Below the pieces are notes generated by a model. That model worked only from the letters and a program-made list of their open reading frames with translations. It did no database searches and was not told the origin of the DNA. A stretch of DNA of 64,000 nt. It comes from the human T2T-CHM13v2.0 reference genome, Homo sapiens. Both the position numbers and the translations under genes were made by a program. The number at the start of each line of letters is the position of its first letter. Within the stretch, counting starts at the first letter, position 1. Location of the stretch: assembly GCF_009914755.1 (NCBI RefSeq), contig NC_060943.1, one strand, 5' to 3'. Shown here piece after piece: positions 1 to 14,650 of this stretch.

Positions 1-608
1 CACTCACAGACCACATCACCTCCACAATCAAGACTCAGTGTCTTCTCAGAAGAGCACTATTCACATTTCTTATCTTGGTTCTGGAAGGTCCTGCCTTTCT
101 CCCCTTGCCTTCCTCTCCCACCCCATTCCTGCCACTGGCCCTGAACTCACCCTACCCAGCCCACCTCAGCCTATTCCATTTCCTTCTCACCTCTGGGCAT
201 CGGCACCTGCTGGCTCCCCAAACATCTCTATGGCAGGCTCCTTCTAACCAGTCGGACCTCAGCCCTGGTGTCACTGACCACAGATGGTGTTCCCAGACCC
301 TCCTGACTGACCTCTGACACACATCTGTGCTACCTCCTGTAGAGAGTCCATTCTTTTTGGAGATCAGTTCTCGTGTCTGTTAAGTCGTGTATTTGTTGTC
401 CACCTTCTCCACATAAATTGTAGCTTCTTGAGGTCCAATGTCTCATCTTTCTTATCTGGGGCACATAGGTGGTACTAAATACATTACTGTTCATCTGGTA
501 TTGTTTTATGTAACTTTCTGGTTAATGACTGCTTTACCCATTCATTCTAACCATCAGCAAGGAAGGAGTTGTTCACATTTATGATCTCAGTGGCTACAAT
601 AGCTACTG

Positions 609-1300
609 GATGGATGAATGCATGACAGATGGATGAATGCATGACAGATGGATGAATCATGGAAGGATGGTTGATTGGAGGGATGTCTGGGTGGGCTGAT
701 GACTAGTTAGATAAATGCACAAATGGATGGTTTGTTGAACTGATGGTTGCGTGGATGTATGTATGTTATGGATTGATGGGTGATCAATGGGTAGACGAAT
801 GAATGGATGGCTGGTTGAATTGATGGTTGCGTGGAGGTATGTATGTTATGGATGGATGGGTGCTCAATGGATAGATGAATGAATGGATGGTTTGCTGAAC
901 TGATGGTTGTGTGGATGTATGTGTGTTATGGATGGATGGGTGATCAATGGATAGATGAATGAATGGATGGCTGGTTGAATTGATGGTTGCGTGGAAGTAT
1001 GTATGTTATGGATGGATGGGTGATCAATGGATAGATGAATGAATGGATGGTTTGCTGAATTGATGGTTGTGTGGATGTATGTGTGTTATGGATGGATGAG
1101 TGATCAATGGATAGATGAATGAATGATGGCTGGTTGAATTGATGGTTGTGTGGATGGATGATATATCAATGAATGGATGGCTCGTTGGATATATGGACAG
1201 GTGCATGGGTATTAGATGGATGCATAAATTGCTGGGTGGATGGATTTGTGGATGGATCAAAACGATGGGTGGATAAATGGATGTATGAATAGATGGATAG
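609..1300. repeat. (TGGA/TGAA)n-derived tandem repeat with an 80-bp unit array at 721-1160
   Basis: GGAT/GAAT-rich; units start at 721, 801, 881, 961, 1041, 1121 and are near-identical. Confidence 0.95.
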
Positions 1301-1739
1301 GTTCCTAATGAGAAATGACAATGTCTGTGTTACTCACACTAACAGAATGGAATGTGAATTGAAACCTGATGATTTCCTTGAGAGTCAGAAGAGGATTTCA
1401 AACACCCTACCCAAGACATTTAGCACTGACAAAATCCATGTGGTGACCTCTGCTGGGGTCCCCAGATTGCCCCTCCACAGCTGCGCTGCTCTTGCTTCCC
1501 TCCACCACCCTATTCTGCCCAAGGAGGCTCCCACCTGCCATAGGGATGGGCCCCCAGATCCACTGTTGCCTTGGAGGTGAGGCAGGAAAGAGCTGAGGAA
1601 GGGGCAGAGAGAGCCGGGAGACTGGAATGTTCCTGACTCTGCAGTCAGTGTGTGGCTTCAGTGTGAAGGCCCAGGCACACAGAGGCCAGAGAACAGAAAT
1701 ATTTTGGGAACAAATACGTGAATAGAAGTGACTGACTCC

Positions 1740-1850
1740 ACCTCACTGAGCCTATGCTTAACCTTCTGAAATGGGGAAAGCAATCATGTCTAGCTCATTG
1801 AGTCATTTGAGAATTAAATCAGAGGGTGCTTATAAGGAGCTCAGCCCCTC
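1740..1850 (+). mobile_element. MIR fragment
   Basis: ctgagcct...ctgaaatggggaaagcaat...gagaattaaat resembles the MIR core. Confidence 0.55.
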
Positions 1851-2279
1851 CTGACAGGAGACAGGTGTCACTCTAATTGAGCCTTAGAGATCCCTGCACC
1901 AGGATCCCCTGGTGTGGAGGGATGGCTGCTATAAATGCAGGTGCCCAGGCCCATGCCAGACCTGCTGAAGGAAAGTGCTTGCCTAAGAAAACCTACCCTC
2001 CCTGCCACTTGCTGCTTTGTTCACTCTCTATATATATTTTATTTTCAAATATCATGCAGAGTTTGTTTTCTAAAAAAACATTAAATGTCACAGCTCATTT
2101 ACCAATATGCTATAAAATGCAGTTATAACCATGCAGAGGCAAGAGTTGCAGAAAAAAAATGCAATTGTAAATCATTAACATGAAACAATAATAGAATGAA
2201 TAAAAATGTAAATTTTGTAATATTTCCTTTCATCCCTCACAGGTTCACAAAATATTCAGTTTCAGCAACTTTTAAAAAA

Positions 2280-2480
2280 TTAATAGGCTTTATTTTTAAA
2301 GCAATTTTAAGTTTATGGAAAAATTAAGCACAAACTACAGAGAGTTCTCATACGGCCCACACCAACCCAACTTCCCTATTATCAGCGTCGTGTTTTGGGG
2401 TGGTACATTTCTTATAATCGACTAACCAACATTGAGACGTTAGTATTGACTCAAGTCCACCTTTCTCAGTATTTTTCTTC
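2280..2480 (-). mobile_element. Old L1 (L1MC-like) 3' UTR fragment
   Basis: tttatttttaaagcaattttaagtttatggaaaaattaagcacaaactacagagagttc matches an antisense L1MC 3' end. Confidence 0.65.
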
Positions 2481-2879
2481 CACTTATCAGAATCTGAGCT
2501 CTCTGTATTTGTTTCTTTCGAATTAGTCTCACTGTACTGCAACAAAGGTCCCTAAAGCAGTGGCCTATCCATCTCGTCTACCTGCATCCCCATCCCCTGG
2601 GAGGAGCAGGGCACACAAGGAAACATGAATAGGTGCCCAGAGGTGCAAAGGGTCGTTTAGAAAAAGCGCAGATTCATGGAGGTGTGAATGACCAAGAAAT
2701 ACAGATGATGGCCACAAGCCAAGAGACCAAGGAAGATTGCGACCCTTGTCCAGAAAATGAGGTGTCAGGTGTGGGAGAAAGGGCTGGCCTCCCAAACACA
2801 GGTGGTAGGAGACTTGCTTGCCTGAACCAGAACAGGCATAGGGACCAGAATGACCAGCGGATTAATTAGAGAAATGTCT

Positions 2880-3105
2880 TTGAGCCATACTATGTTCCTC
2901 GTCCTAGACTAAATTACTTTTAGTCCTAGACTAAATTACTCTGACTCACTTTTCCTCTTAATTATATCAACAACCTTTGAAGTGGGCATAATTAATACCC
3001 TGATTTTACAGGTAGGAAAACTGAGGCACAGAGAGGTGAAGTGACTTGCCCAAGAATGCACCGCTGATCACTGGAAGAACCAGAAAATGGGAACCCAACC
3101 AGCTC
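2880..3105 (-). mobile_element. MIR
   Basis: attttacaggtaggaaaactgaggcacagagaggtgaagtgacttgcccaag is the MIR core; internal 18-bp duplication gtcctagactaaattact. Confidence 0.85.
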
Positions 3106-3804
3106 ACAGGTGGAGAGGAGGGCCCCCTTGGACTGACCTTTAAAAATATATAGTCATTACATGTTCTGAGAAACAGCCCCAGGCAATGTCCTGGAATCTG
3201 ATTGCTAAGAGACTCCAAGTGGCCTGGATTGTACCCAACCCAGGGCCTTTGCACCTGCTGTTCCCTTCCCCAGACATTTCACTTCTCATCATTCAGGTCT
3301 CAGCTCCAATATCCTTATCTCATTTCCAGAGCATCCTGTCTAAAAGATCACGTTCTTTTATTTTAAATTCTTCACAGAGCAAATTCCTCTCTGAAATCAT
3401 GTCTTTGTTAATTAATGTATTGTCTCTTTCTTCCCTGAGTTCAGGTGCTTGTTTGTATTTGGTCAGGCTCTGCCTTTATGCCTAACCTTAGACCTGTCTC
3501 CCAACCTCGTTCTGCACCCCTGAATGTTTGTGACTTCTTCATCTTCTCACTGTACTGCCCTGCAGAAGAGACAAATAACACTTACTTGTCACATGAAATA
3601 ATGAAAAGAACAAAAGTGAAATCTGAGAATAGACTTTAAAAAAAAATGACAACCAAAAGATTAGAGTCATGGAGATTCTCTTCTCCTGAGAAAATAAATA
3701 CTGCTTTTGCTCAAATCCTTACCCTTCTCTGGTTCCTGGAGAAATTGTCTGTACAATATCAGGTTAGTGAGAGAAGGTTTCCTGGAGCCCCTAAAATAAG
3801 GCAG

Positions 3805-4325
3805 TGTGCAACAGCCAGACTCCAAGATGGTCCCCTCTGACCCTAGCCAACAGGTATTCCTTCCTTTGTGGTTCCCTCCCACATTGAAGGGGGCTGTGCA
3901 ACCAGTAAGATATGGCAGACATGGCTGTGTGACTCCTGAGGCTGGGTTCTATGAGATCTTGTGGCTTCTGCCTTGCTTTCTCTTGGGTCACCTCCTCTAA
4001 GGGAAGCCGGCTACCATGATGTGAGGATGTTCAAGCAGTCTTATGGAGAAACCAAGGCCTCCTGCCAACAGCCAGAGCTGATTCATCAGCCTTGTATGTG
4101 GGCCATCCTGGTAGTGGATTCTTTAGCCCTAGCCCAGCTTTTAAATGGCTGTAGCCCTGGTCCACATCCTAACCACAATGTTATAAGAGACCCTGAGAGA
4201 GAACCACCCAGCTAACTCACTTCCAAATTCCTGATCCACAGAAACTGAGATGATAAATGTCTGTTGTTGTTTTGAGCCACTAAGTTTTGAGGTGGTTTGT
4301 TACACAGCAGTGGGTAACTAATACA
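3805..4325 (+). mobile_element. MLT1 (MaLR) solo LTR
   Basis: Starts tgtgcaacagccagactccaagatgg, ends gccactaagttttgaggtggtttgttacacagcagtgggtaactaataca. Confidence 0.8.
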
Positions 4326-4877
4326 TCAAGCTGTCAGTAACCACCAACATTGTTCTTCCAAGCCCACATAGTTATCAGAGTCAGAAAAAAATCCTCTCAA
4401 TGGCCTATGACATGACCTCATGAGAGCTGGCTCCTGCTACGTCTCTCCTTTGCTTCATACTTTTTCCCGCAGAGTGGCTGTTGATTTCAGCCACTATGAC
4501 TCTCCAGCACATTTGCTCAGGCCTGCTCCCTCTGGGGGATTTGGTTTTGTTGTGCTCTCATCCTGGAGTCCTTCCTGCAGTGAGCCTCATTTCCAGTTCT
4601 CTCACTCCTTCAGCGCTTCCTGTTCAAATGCTCTCTCCCCAGAGACTTTCCTGACCTCCCTTCCTAAAATAGCTGCCTCCCTCCACCTTCTCTACCATCT
4701 CACCCTGCCTTGTTCTTCTTCCTAATACCTGACACAGCATACATTTATTTTTGTTTATTACCTGTCTTCTCTTATTAGATTGTAAGCTCCGAAAGGACTT
4801 GGCAATCACCTATTGGGTTTCCTGCTGATGCACAACCACCTGAGCAGTGTGGGGCACCCTCAAAAATGATTGGTTGA

Positions 4878-5501
4878 CACTATGGAAAACAGTATAGAGA
4901 TTCCCTAAAGAACTAAAAGCAGGACTTCCATTCTGTCCAGCAATCCCACTACTGGGTATCTACACAAAGGAAAAGAAGTCATTACATGAAAAAGACACTT
5001 GCACATATATGTTTATAGCAGCACAATTCACAATTGCAAAGACAGGGAACCAACCTAAGTACCCATTGACCAAAGAGTGGATAAGGAAAATGTGGTATAG
5101 ACACACCATGGAATACTACTCAGCCATAAAAAGAAACAAAATGATGTCTTTTGCAACAACTTGTATGGAGCTGGAAGCCATTATTCTAAATGTAGTAATT
5201 GAAGAATGGAAAACTAAATATCGTATGTTCTCACTTGTAAGTGGGAGCTAAGCTATGAGGATTGAAAGGCATAAGAATGATATCATGGACTTTGGGGACG
5301 CAGAGAAAGGTCGGGAAGGAGGTGAGGGATAAAAGACTACATGTTGGGTACAGTGCAGTCAATGTGCCACACTGTACATTTTGATGGGTGCACCAAAATC
5401 TCAGCAATCACCACCAAAGAACTTATCCATGTAGCCAAAATCCACCTGTACTCCAAAAACTATTGAAATGTAAAAACAAAACAAAAACAAAAACAAAAAA
5501 A
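4878..5501 (+). mobile_element. L1PB-type LINE-1 3' end (ORF2 C-terminus, 3' UTR, A tail)
   Basis: ORF 5009-5251 MFIAAQFTIAK...MEYYSAIK is the L1 ORF2 C-terminus; L1PB-like 3' UTR and A-rich tail. Confidence 0.92.
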
Positions 5502-5525
5502 GCACAATACTTAATGATTGGTTAA

Positions 5526-5688
5526 GTGTGGCATGGTGGCTCATGCCTGTAATCCCAACTACTCAGGATGTTGAGGCAGGAGGATCACTTGAGCCCAGGA
5601 GTGTGAGGCTGCAGTGAGCCATTATCACATCACTGCACTCCACCCTGGGTGACAGAACGAGACCTTTTCTCAAAAAATTAAAAAAATA
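5526..5688 (+). mobile_element. Alu monomer (FRAM/AluJ right arm)
   Basis: aggatcacttgagcccagg...ctgcagtgagcc...A tail; single arm. Confidence 0.85.
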
Positions 5689-5695
5689 TATTGGT

Positions 5696-6366
<671 letters not shown>

Positions 6367-6480
6367 CTAAATATATAAGGGAAGGCATCTCATGTTCCTC
6401 CCACCCCACCCCATCCTCCAGCTGAATGAGGCCACACACGTGGGCCCAGGCAAAGACAGCATGGAACCACCAGACAACCC

Positions 6481-7550
6481 ATGTAAAAAGGAAGCACACT
6501 GATTTTCTGTATGCTCTCAACACTCCTGACACCAAATATGTGGGAGATTCTCTCACACCATCCAATGCTCCACTTGTCAGCAGACATGGACTGGGTGTCC
6601 CACAAGTTAGCTCAATTATGACACTGAGTGCCCAAAATTAGTGCAGACTCCAGTGATTAAGGGCTCAATTCCACAAGACTGTCCCCACCCAGCTTCAAAT
6701 ACCCATCATAACTCCCCGGTTGTGACCTGTGCTTCTGACAAAGCAGCTGTAAGCTGGGAGTTCCAATAAGAACACATGGACACAGGGAGGGGAACAACGG
6801 ACACCAGAGCCTATCTGGGGGTAGCAGGCAAGGCGGGGGAGAGCATCAGGACGAATACCTAATGCATGTGGGGCTTAAAACCTAGATGACGGGTTGATAG
6901 GTGCAGCAAACCACCATGGCACATGTATCCCTGAACTTAAAGCAAAATAAAACATAAAAAATTACAACTACCTCCACCAAAAAAAAACTGGGGGTTTCCA
7001 CGGCCCCCTCCTCAGGTTTGATAATTTGCTAGAACGGCTCACAGAACTCAGGGAAACACTTTCCTTACTATTAATGGTCCATAATAAAGGCTGCAACTCA
7101 GGAACAGCCCAATGGAAGATGCTGAAGGAAAGGTGTGCAGAGAGGGTGCGGCGTTTCCCTGCCTCATCAGGTGTACCACCCGTGTTCACCTACCTGAAAA
7201 CTCCCCAGATCCTGTTTAGGTTTTTATGGAGATTCCATTATGTAGGCATGGTTGATTAAATCATTGCCCATTGGTGATCAATTCAACCTCCAGCCCTTTT
7301 GCCCTCCCTGGAGGTCAGGAGTTGGGGCTACAAATTCCAATCCTCTAATCAGATGGTTGGTTCCCCTGGCAACCAGCCCCCATCCTTTGGTGTTTTTCAA
7401 AAGCTACTTCATTAACATAAACTTAGATATAAGTGAAATAGGATTTGTTATGAATAATAGAAAGACACTCCTCTCACCTCTATCACTCCCAGGAAATTAC
7501 AAGGGTTTTGAAGAAACGTGGGATGAAGACATTTCTTATCATACCATGAT
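6481..7550 (-). mobile_element. MER21-type LTR
   Basis: ctgacaccaaatatgtggg; ccccctcctcaggtttgataatttgctagaacggctcacagaactcaggga; ggttcccctggcaaccagcccccatcc. Confidence 0.8.
6766..6985 (+). mobile_element. 5'-truncated L1PA 3' end inside MER21
   Basis: gaacacatggacacagggaggggaac...gcagcaaaccaccatggcacatgta; degenerate TSD agctgggagttcc / aactgggggtttcc. Confidence 0.88.
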
Positions 7551-7965
7551 AGCATACCATGGAAGGTGAGAAACAATGAGTTGTTTTATATGTCACTGCA
7601 TTTTGGGGGCTGCTTGTTACACAGCAATAGATAACTGATACATTCCACGAGTAAGTAGCTGTCTGACAGACCTTCCTTCATCTACCCTCAGCCCCTCCAA
7701 TCCATCTCCACACTGAAGCCAGGACAATGTTGGAAAATACCCATGCTGGTGTCACTGCCCAGCTCACTGGGAACAATGCAAAGGCACCTATTGCTTTGGG
7801 GATAAAGAGCAAGAGCCATAGATGATGAACCCTTTCCTATTCCAGCATCTCCTACTGTGCTGAGCCTCATCATCCTCCCCTCTACCTTCCAGAACTTCTG
7901 GGATGTGGCCAGTTCCCTAAGACCTTCGTATGTCCTGCCACTGTGGGGTACTTGAACACGCTATT

Positions 7966-8333
7966 TGATATGGTTTGGTTCTGTGTCCCTACCCAAGTCT
8001 CATCTCAAATTGTAGTCTCCATGTGTCAAGGCCAAAACCAGGTGGTGAGAATCGGAACATAAGGGTGGTTTCCTCCATGCTGTTCTCGTGATAGTGAGTG
8101 AGTTTCATGAGATCTGATGGTTTTATAAGCACCTGGCATTTCCCCTGCTTGTACTCACTCCATCCTGCTGCCCTGTGAAGCGGTGCCTGCTTCTTCTTTG
8201 CCTGCCACCATGATTGTAAGTTTCCTGAGGCCTCCCCAGCACTGTGGAACTGTGAGTCAATTAAACCTCTTTCCTTTATAAATTACCCAATCTCAGGCAG
8301 TTCTTTACAGCAGTGTGAGAACGGACTAATAGA
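7966..8333 (+). mobile_element. THE1 (THE1C/D-like) MaLR solo LTR inserted in an L2 relic
   Basis: tgatatggtttgg...attaaacctctttcctttataaattaccca...gagaacggactaataga; TSD ctatt/gtatt. Confidence 0.9.
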
Positions 8334-9168
8334 GTATTCCTCTGCCTGGAATGCTCTCTCCCCACTCCCACAGCTAGGCAATGCCAACACAACCTTGAGA
8401 CACCAGTTTCAGTATCACCTCCACAGGAAAGCACTTCTGTAATGCTGACATCTTATGTAACAATGGTCCACACACAAATATATTTTTAATTTCACGCACA
8501 TACACATGCACACATGTACACACATAGTGAGACTCCAAAACAAACAAAACTCTCTTCATTCTAACACATCCACGAGTGGAACTTCTCAGTGAGCATTTAT
8601 TGAGCAACAACCAGCTTCAAGACACCACGAAGAGTCCTTAGGTCCTTATTACTTCTTCTGAAAATAATGTTATAAAGTGATCAGTTCTGAAATGGTAGAG
8701 GAAAATCTAGTTAAAAACAGAATGTAGTCGTAGATTTGTCAAACAGATGGTTAGTGTTAAATATTTTTTGGACAGGGTTGCCTCCAACATGTTGTCTGTG
8801 CTGTGCTGTATCCAAGAAATCCTTCCCTTCCTCAATTACAGGGATGCGTGTCCTGCTTGGAATCCAGCCTGGCCTTTGGCTCAATAGAAACTCCACAGAC
8901 AGCAGGAGAGCTGAGGCTCCACTGTGGCCATGCAGCCTTGTGTGAAAATTCTAACGGCTTCTCCTCCCTTGGAAATGTTTCCACCATCTGTTTCCCCATA
9001 CCCAGGGGCCAGGATGGGTGAGGTGCTCAGATCAGGGCCAAAATCTAAGGAGGCAGGGTGCAAACATCAAGTAATCGAGGTAATTCATATTTTAATGTAA
9101 TGTTTATTTAACATTTCTGAATTAATGCAAAAAAATAGACAATGCAGAAAATACCAACATTTTAACTA

Positions 9169-9538
<370 letters not shown>

Positions 9539-9595
<57 letters not shown>

Positions 9596-9672
9596 TATAT
9601 ATACACACATATATATACACATACATATATATACACACATATATACATATATACACACATACATATATATAT

Positions 9673-9728
<56 letters not shown>

Positions 9729-9729
9729 T
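9539..9729. repeat. Compound (TA)n(CA)n microsatellite grown from the Alu tail
   Basis: Direct reading. Confidence 0.97.
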
Positions 9730-10429
9730 ATCTGGAATATTGAGGTTTTCCACTGCCCTTTAAATTTTGCACCTGAGGCCAATGCCTCACTTGCCTGCCC
9801 CTGGCCATGCCGACACCATGTGAATTGCTCTTGGGTCTCCTCTCCCTCTCCACGGCCACCACCCTAGTGTTTTCTATTGTATCTGGCTTGAACAACCACA
9901 GCCAGCTCCTAACCATCCCCTCCACGCCCCAGTCTTGTCCAACTCATGAAATGTCACTACCACTTAACAAGCCACTCAAGACCAAATTGAGGATTCATTC
10001 TTGCTTCACTCCTTTCCTCTGAAGCCTGAGTCCCACCCACCTGCAAGTCCTATCAATTCCACCTTCATCTCCTACTGTCTAGAAATCGCTAGACATCACC
10101 CCCTCTTCCCCGTCCCACGCCATCACCTGCGGCTCAGATTATCGCAACTGACTGCATGGATTTTCTCAGCTCCTTTCCGTCCTCTGCCCAGACTGTCCCG
10201 GAATATGGACAGATTGCACTGTGGGAATGCCATATCAGATGCTTCGGTGCTAAAGATAACTGAGTCTCACCATGATAATGTTATTCGCTTGCCAAGTCTT
10301 TCTAGTTCATTCAAAGAGACGTTCCTCGTAGGTGCTGGTGTGCCTTCAACATTTCCGTCACACTTGCTAATTACTTTTTAAACAAAGGAGAGCTTTGCTC
10401 AGATCATTGGCAGGCGATGGCATCTAACC

Positions 10430-10656
10430 CAGGGTTTCCAGTCTCAGCACTGTGGACATTTTGGGCTGAATAATTGTTTGGTGGGTGGGCAGGAGGGCTG
10501 TCTTCTGCACTGTAAGCTGATAAGCAGCACCCCTGGTCTCTACCCCCTGGATGGCAGGAGCAAGGCCCTCTTCCCCACGTGTGACAACTAAAGACATCTC
10601 CAGACACTTCCAGATGTCCCCAAGTAGACAAAGCCACCCCTGTTTGAGAACCACTG
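10430..10656 (-). mobile_element. MER20 (hAT-Charlie)
   Basis: cagggtttccagtctcagcactgtggacattttgggc...gtgacaactaaagacatctccagac...ttgagaaccactg. Confidence 0.88.
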
Positions 10657-10826
10657 GTTTAGGCACACTTGTGCATGTTGTTGTTGTTGCTGTTGCTGTT
10701 TTTTATCATTGTTCTTTCTTTTACTCTGTCTTCCACTTAAGGGAGGTGACGCTGGCTTTCCATGCATATTCATGATATCAAAACTTTAAAATGATTCTCA
10801 CTCGGGTGTTTAAAGTTAATGTTATA

Positions 10827-11132
<306 letters not shown>

Positions 11133-12005
11133 TTATGTTATAGAACAACGGTAAATAGCACCTCATGGCCTAGTTCTTAACACAGATGGGGCAAAATTTC
11201 TGAAAAGTGAACAGACAGGTAACATCTATCCCACTGATCACTTCTCCCATTAAATGTCAAGTAAACTTTCTAAATTGCAAATCTGACCATGTCACTCTGC
11301 TATTCTAAACCCTGCTGCCCTCTGGAAAAAGTTTTTTTTTAAGCATACTTAATTCTTATTCTGAAGCACATTTAAAAGAAAGAGAGAATTGAAAATGAAA
11401 AATTTTGCTTAATTCTCAGTATACTCAGAGCTGCAAAAATCTACTGGTTTCTTGGGAAGAGCATAAAATATTCATAAAGCCTATAATTATGTCTTTGGTC
11501 CCTTTATCTAAGAGCTTCCTTCCGTGGTAAGCAAAGCTTACAGGCATTTTCCCACCTAGAATCGTTTTATTGTAAGCACCCATCTTTGAATTACGAGTGA
11601 TAAATATGACATCTCAGAAATCACCAGTAATATATTTGAGGTCAACCACCTAAAGGAGCCTTCACCTAGAAATTCCCAAACTAACAGCTCTTTATGACGT
11701 ATAGAGCCTATCTATAATTTCCCATTCAAGCTTGTGTTCGGATTGGGCCAAATATCTGCACCACTTGTAGCTAGATGTGGCCATGCAACCAAGGTCTGGC
11801 CAATAGGATGAAAGCACATGTATGGAGTGTGGACTAAGAGAAGCCTTAAAGGGAATATTGGGGGTGGAATCTTTCTTTGCCTCACCTCTCTTCCTCTTAG
11901 CTAGAAGGCAGAAATGCTGCCTGAATTCAGCCAGCTCTCTAGACAGTGAGGTAGAAGCCACCTGGTGAAGAATTCAGAATAACAAGACAGAAGGAGCCTA
12001 GGTCC

Positions 12006-12397
12006 TGTGTTCATTAGCTCCAGCTGCCATAACAAAATCACACAGACTGAGTGGCTTAAACAACAAAAATGTATTTTCTTACAGTTCTGGAGGCTGCAAG
12101 TCCAAAATCATGGTGCTGGCAAATTCTGTTCCTGGTGAGGACTCTCTTCCTGGCTTGCAGATGGCCACCTTCTTGCTGTGTCCTCACATGGCAGAGGTGG
12201 TGGGGTAGGGGAAGAGACCTGAACTGGTGTCCCTTTTCTTATGAAGATACCGGTTATATTGACTTAAAAGCCCACCCTTATGAAGCTTATATAATCTTAA
12301 TTACCTCTCTAAAAGCACTGTCTCCAAATACAGTCACATTGGGGGTTAGAGCTTCAATGTAAATTTTGGTCAAGGAGCACCATTGAGGTCATAGCAG
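12006..12397 (-). mobile_element. MLT1A-type LTR (older MLT1 relic adjacent at ~11720-12000)
   Basis: gctgccataacaaaatcacacagactgagtggcttaaacaac...ggcttgcagatggccaccttc...ccaaatacagtcacatt. Confidence 0.85.
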
Positions 12398-12814
12398 CCT
12401 CTAACAGCATAGAACCCTGAATTAGACTAAGATTTCTGCTACACAAGAGCAAGGGATGATTAAATCCCATTCAGTAATTAGGATCACCTCTCACCGACTC
12501 ACATTCACACACACTCTAAGACACACAACTCCCAGCCACATGCCGAGCATGGTAACCCCATTTCCTACTTTAACCTTTGGGGGAGCCTGGGAGGTGGGAA
12601 TCATTCTTATCCCCTGTCCAAAGTGGAGAAATGGAGGTCCTGAAAGAGCAACTCTCTTGGCAGGGTTGGAGAGTGAGTCTGTGCTGTCAAATGCCTCATG
12701 TGTGCATTTCTGACAAGATACAGAGTAATCTGAGGGTGGAGGAGGCGTGAAGGTGAATGGCAACCTAGACAAAGAACTGGGAAGAGATCGACGGAAATCT
12801 GTTCCTAAAAGCCC

Positions 12815-13296
12815 CATGCGTATGTTTATTGCAGCACTATTCACAACAGCAAAGACATGGAATCCATGTAAATGCCCATCAATGGTAGACTAGATAAAGA
12901 AAATGTGGTACCTATATAACATGGAATACTACACAGCCACAAAAAAGAAGGAAAACATGTCCTTTGCTGTAACATGAAGGGAGCTGGAGGCCATTATCCT
13001 TAGCAAATTAATGTAGGAACAGAAAGTCAAATACTGCAGGTTCTCACTTATTAGGGGGAGCTAAACAACAAGAACCCATAGATCCCAGGAGGGGCAGACC
13101 TGAGGGTGGAGGGTGGGAGGAGGGAGAGGATCAGAAAAGATACCTATCAGGTACTAGGCTTACTACCCGGGTGACAAAGTTATCTGTACACCGAACCCCT
13201 GAGACACGCACTTTACCTATATAACAAACCTCCGCATGTATCCCTGAACCTAAAATAAATTAAAAAAAAAAAAAAAGAAAGAAAGAAAAGAAAAAG
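12815..13296 (+). mobile_element. L1PA (L1PA15/16-like) 3' end
   Basis: tatgtttattgcagcactattcaca...ggagggtgggaggagggagaggatcagaaaa...ctgaacctaaaataaa, then A tail. Confidence 0.9.
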
Positions 13297-14444
13297 ACCC
13301 ACAAGCCATTCTTGCTGCTGGAGTCTTCTGGAGTTTGGGTTGTTGTTGTTGTTGTTGTTGTCGTATTTTGTTAAAACATTCCTGTTCTTCTGAAAGGATA
13401 CCTGGAGGCTTTATCTGGATTCCTAGGGTCCTCTATCCACAAAAAGTCAGTAAAGCCACGTCTCTAATTTTGGGAAAATGTGGGTGTGTGTCCTAAGACC
13501 CTCATGGTGGGTGGAATAATTTGCTATAGGGCAAGTTGGAGAGTGACCAAGGATGCCTCAAATAATGTCTCCCTTTTCATTACGGGGGAGTGCCTTTCAG
13601 AATTACACAGCAAGGGTGAATTATACGTTGACTCGTCATCTGTGACAAATTTCATGCAGCTCAAGGCTATCAACAGCAGCTCCCTTGCCAACAGCTTGCA
13701 GCAGCTGCCGCTGATCAAGGCAGTCAGCTCGATCCCCGTAGCCTTCCGTGAAGGACCACGGGCTGGTCAGAAGCAGTCTGACAGGTCACAGAGCCAGCCC
13801 AGCTGTTGGGGGGATTAGCTGTAAGGAAAGCTGATCCTATGACACATGCTTTAGGTATGTCCGCCCCTGGGAAACGTGACCTTCAAGGTTTGCGTTATAG
13901 AACTTTATTCGCTTCAAAAGATGGAGAACACTTTTGTTTTCTGAGTCCCTGGAGAATCATGATGCAGACAGCTTTGGAGGTACCCAAAGAAATGGAACAC
14001 AGAATCCCAATTACATATAGGCCGCACACATGATAAACAACTGCTGGTTTGGGAATTGCTGGGCGAAGCTTCCTTTCGGCAGTTTGCTCAGAATATATTG
14101 CTGATGATTTCTGAGATGCTCAATTCATCATTCACAATTGCTTTGCAGTAAAATGCTTGCAGAAGGGAAAATAGCTGTGAACGCTGCTCCCCAAGGAGGA
14201 AAGCCTATAACTGCTGGAGCCAAAGATGTCATCGCAGGTTTTATCAGTATTTCATTTTCTTCCCATGAAACCGATAAGCATTCGAAGCCCTGAGTGTGGT
14301 GAGAATTAAGCAAGATTTGCCTCTTTCTGATTCTTTCCACAAGGTAGTGGGAATTTGAAATGGGAGAATGATGTTGTCCTATCTGTTGTGTGGAAAGATT
14401 ACCTTGGCTTTGCTTGTGAGAAGGGATGGACGGGGGGGCAGTAT

Positions 14445-14650
14445 CATGGAAAAAGTTTGAGAATATACAAAGGTAGGCAAAATAGCATAAGAAATCCCTT
14501 CTACTCATTGTCTGCAGTCATCAGCTCATGGCCCAACCTGTTGTGTCTATACCCCCATCACATCACTGGCATTGTTTGTAAAGCAAATCCCAGACATGAT
14601 ACCATGTCCTCCATAAACATTTCCATATCTGTGTTTTGTAAAGACTCTTG
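14445..14650 (-). mobile_element. Old L1M fragment
   Basis: aaagcaaatcccagacatgat and flanks match an antisense L1MC4/5-like 3' UTR. Confidence 0.55.

Noticed and set aside
1929-1937. TATA-like CTATAAATG
   Set aside because: Isolated 8-mer with no supporting initiator, exon or CpG context
5009-5251. 80-aa ORF with real protein similarity
   Set aside because: C-terminus of L1 ORF2 in a 5'-truncated old L1; not an independent gene
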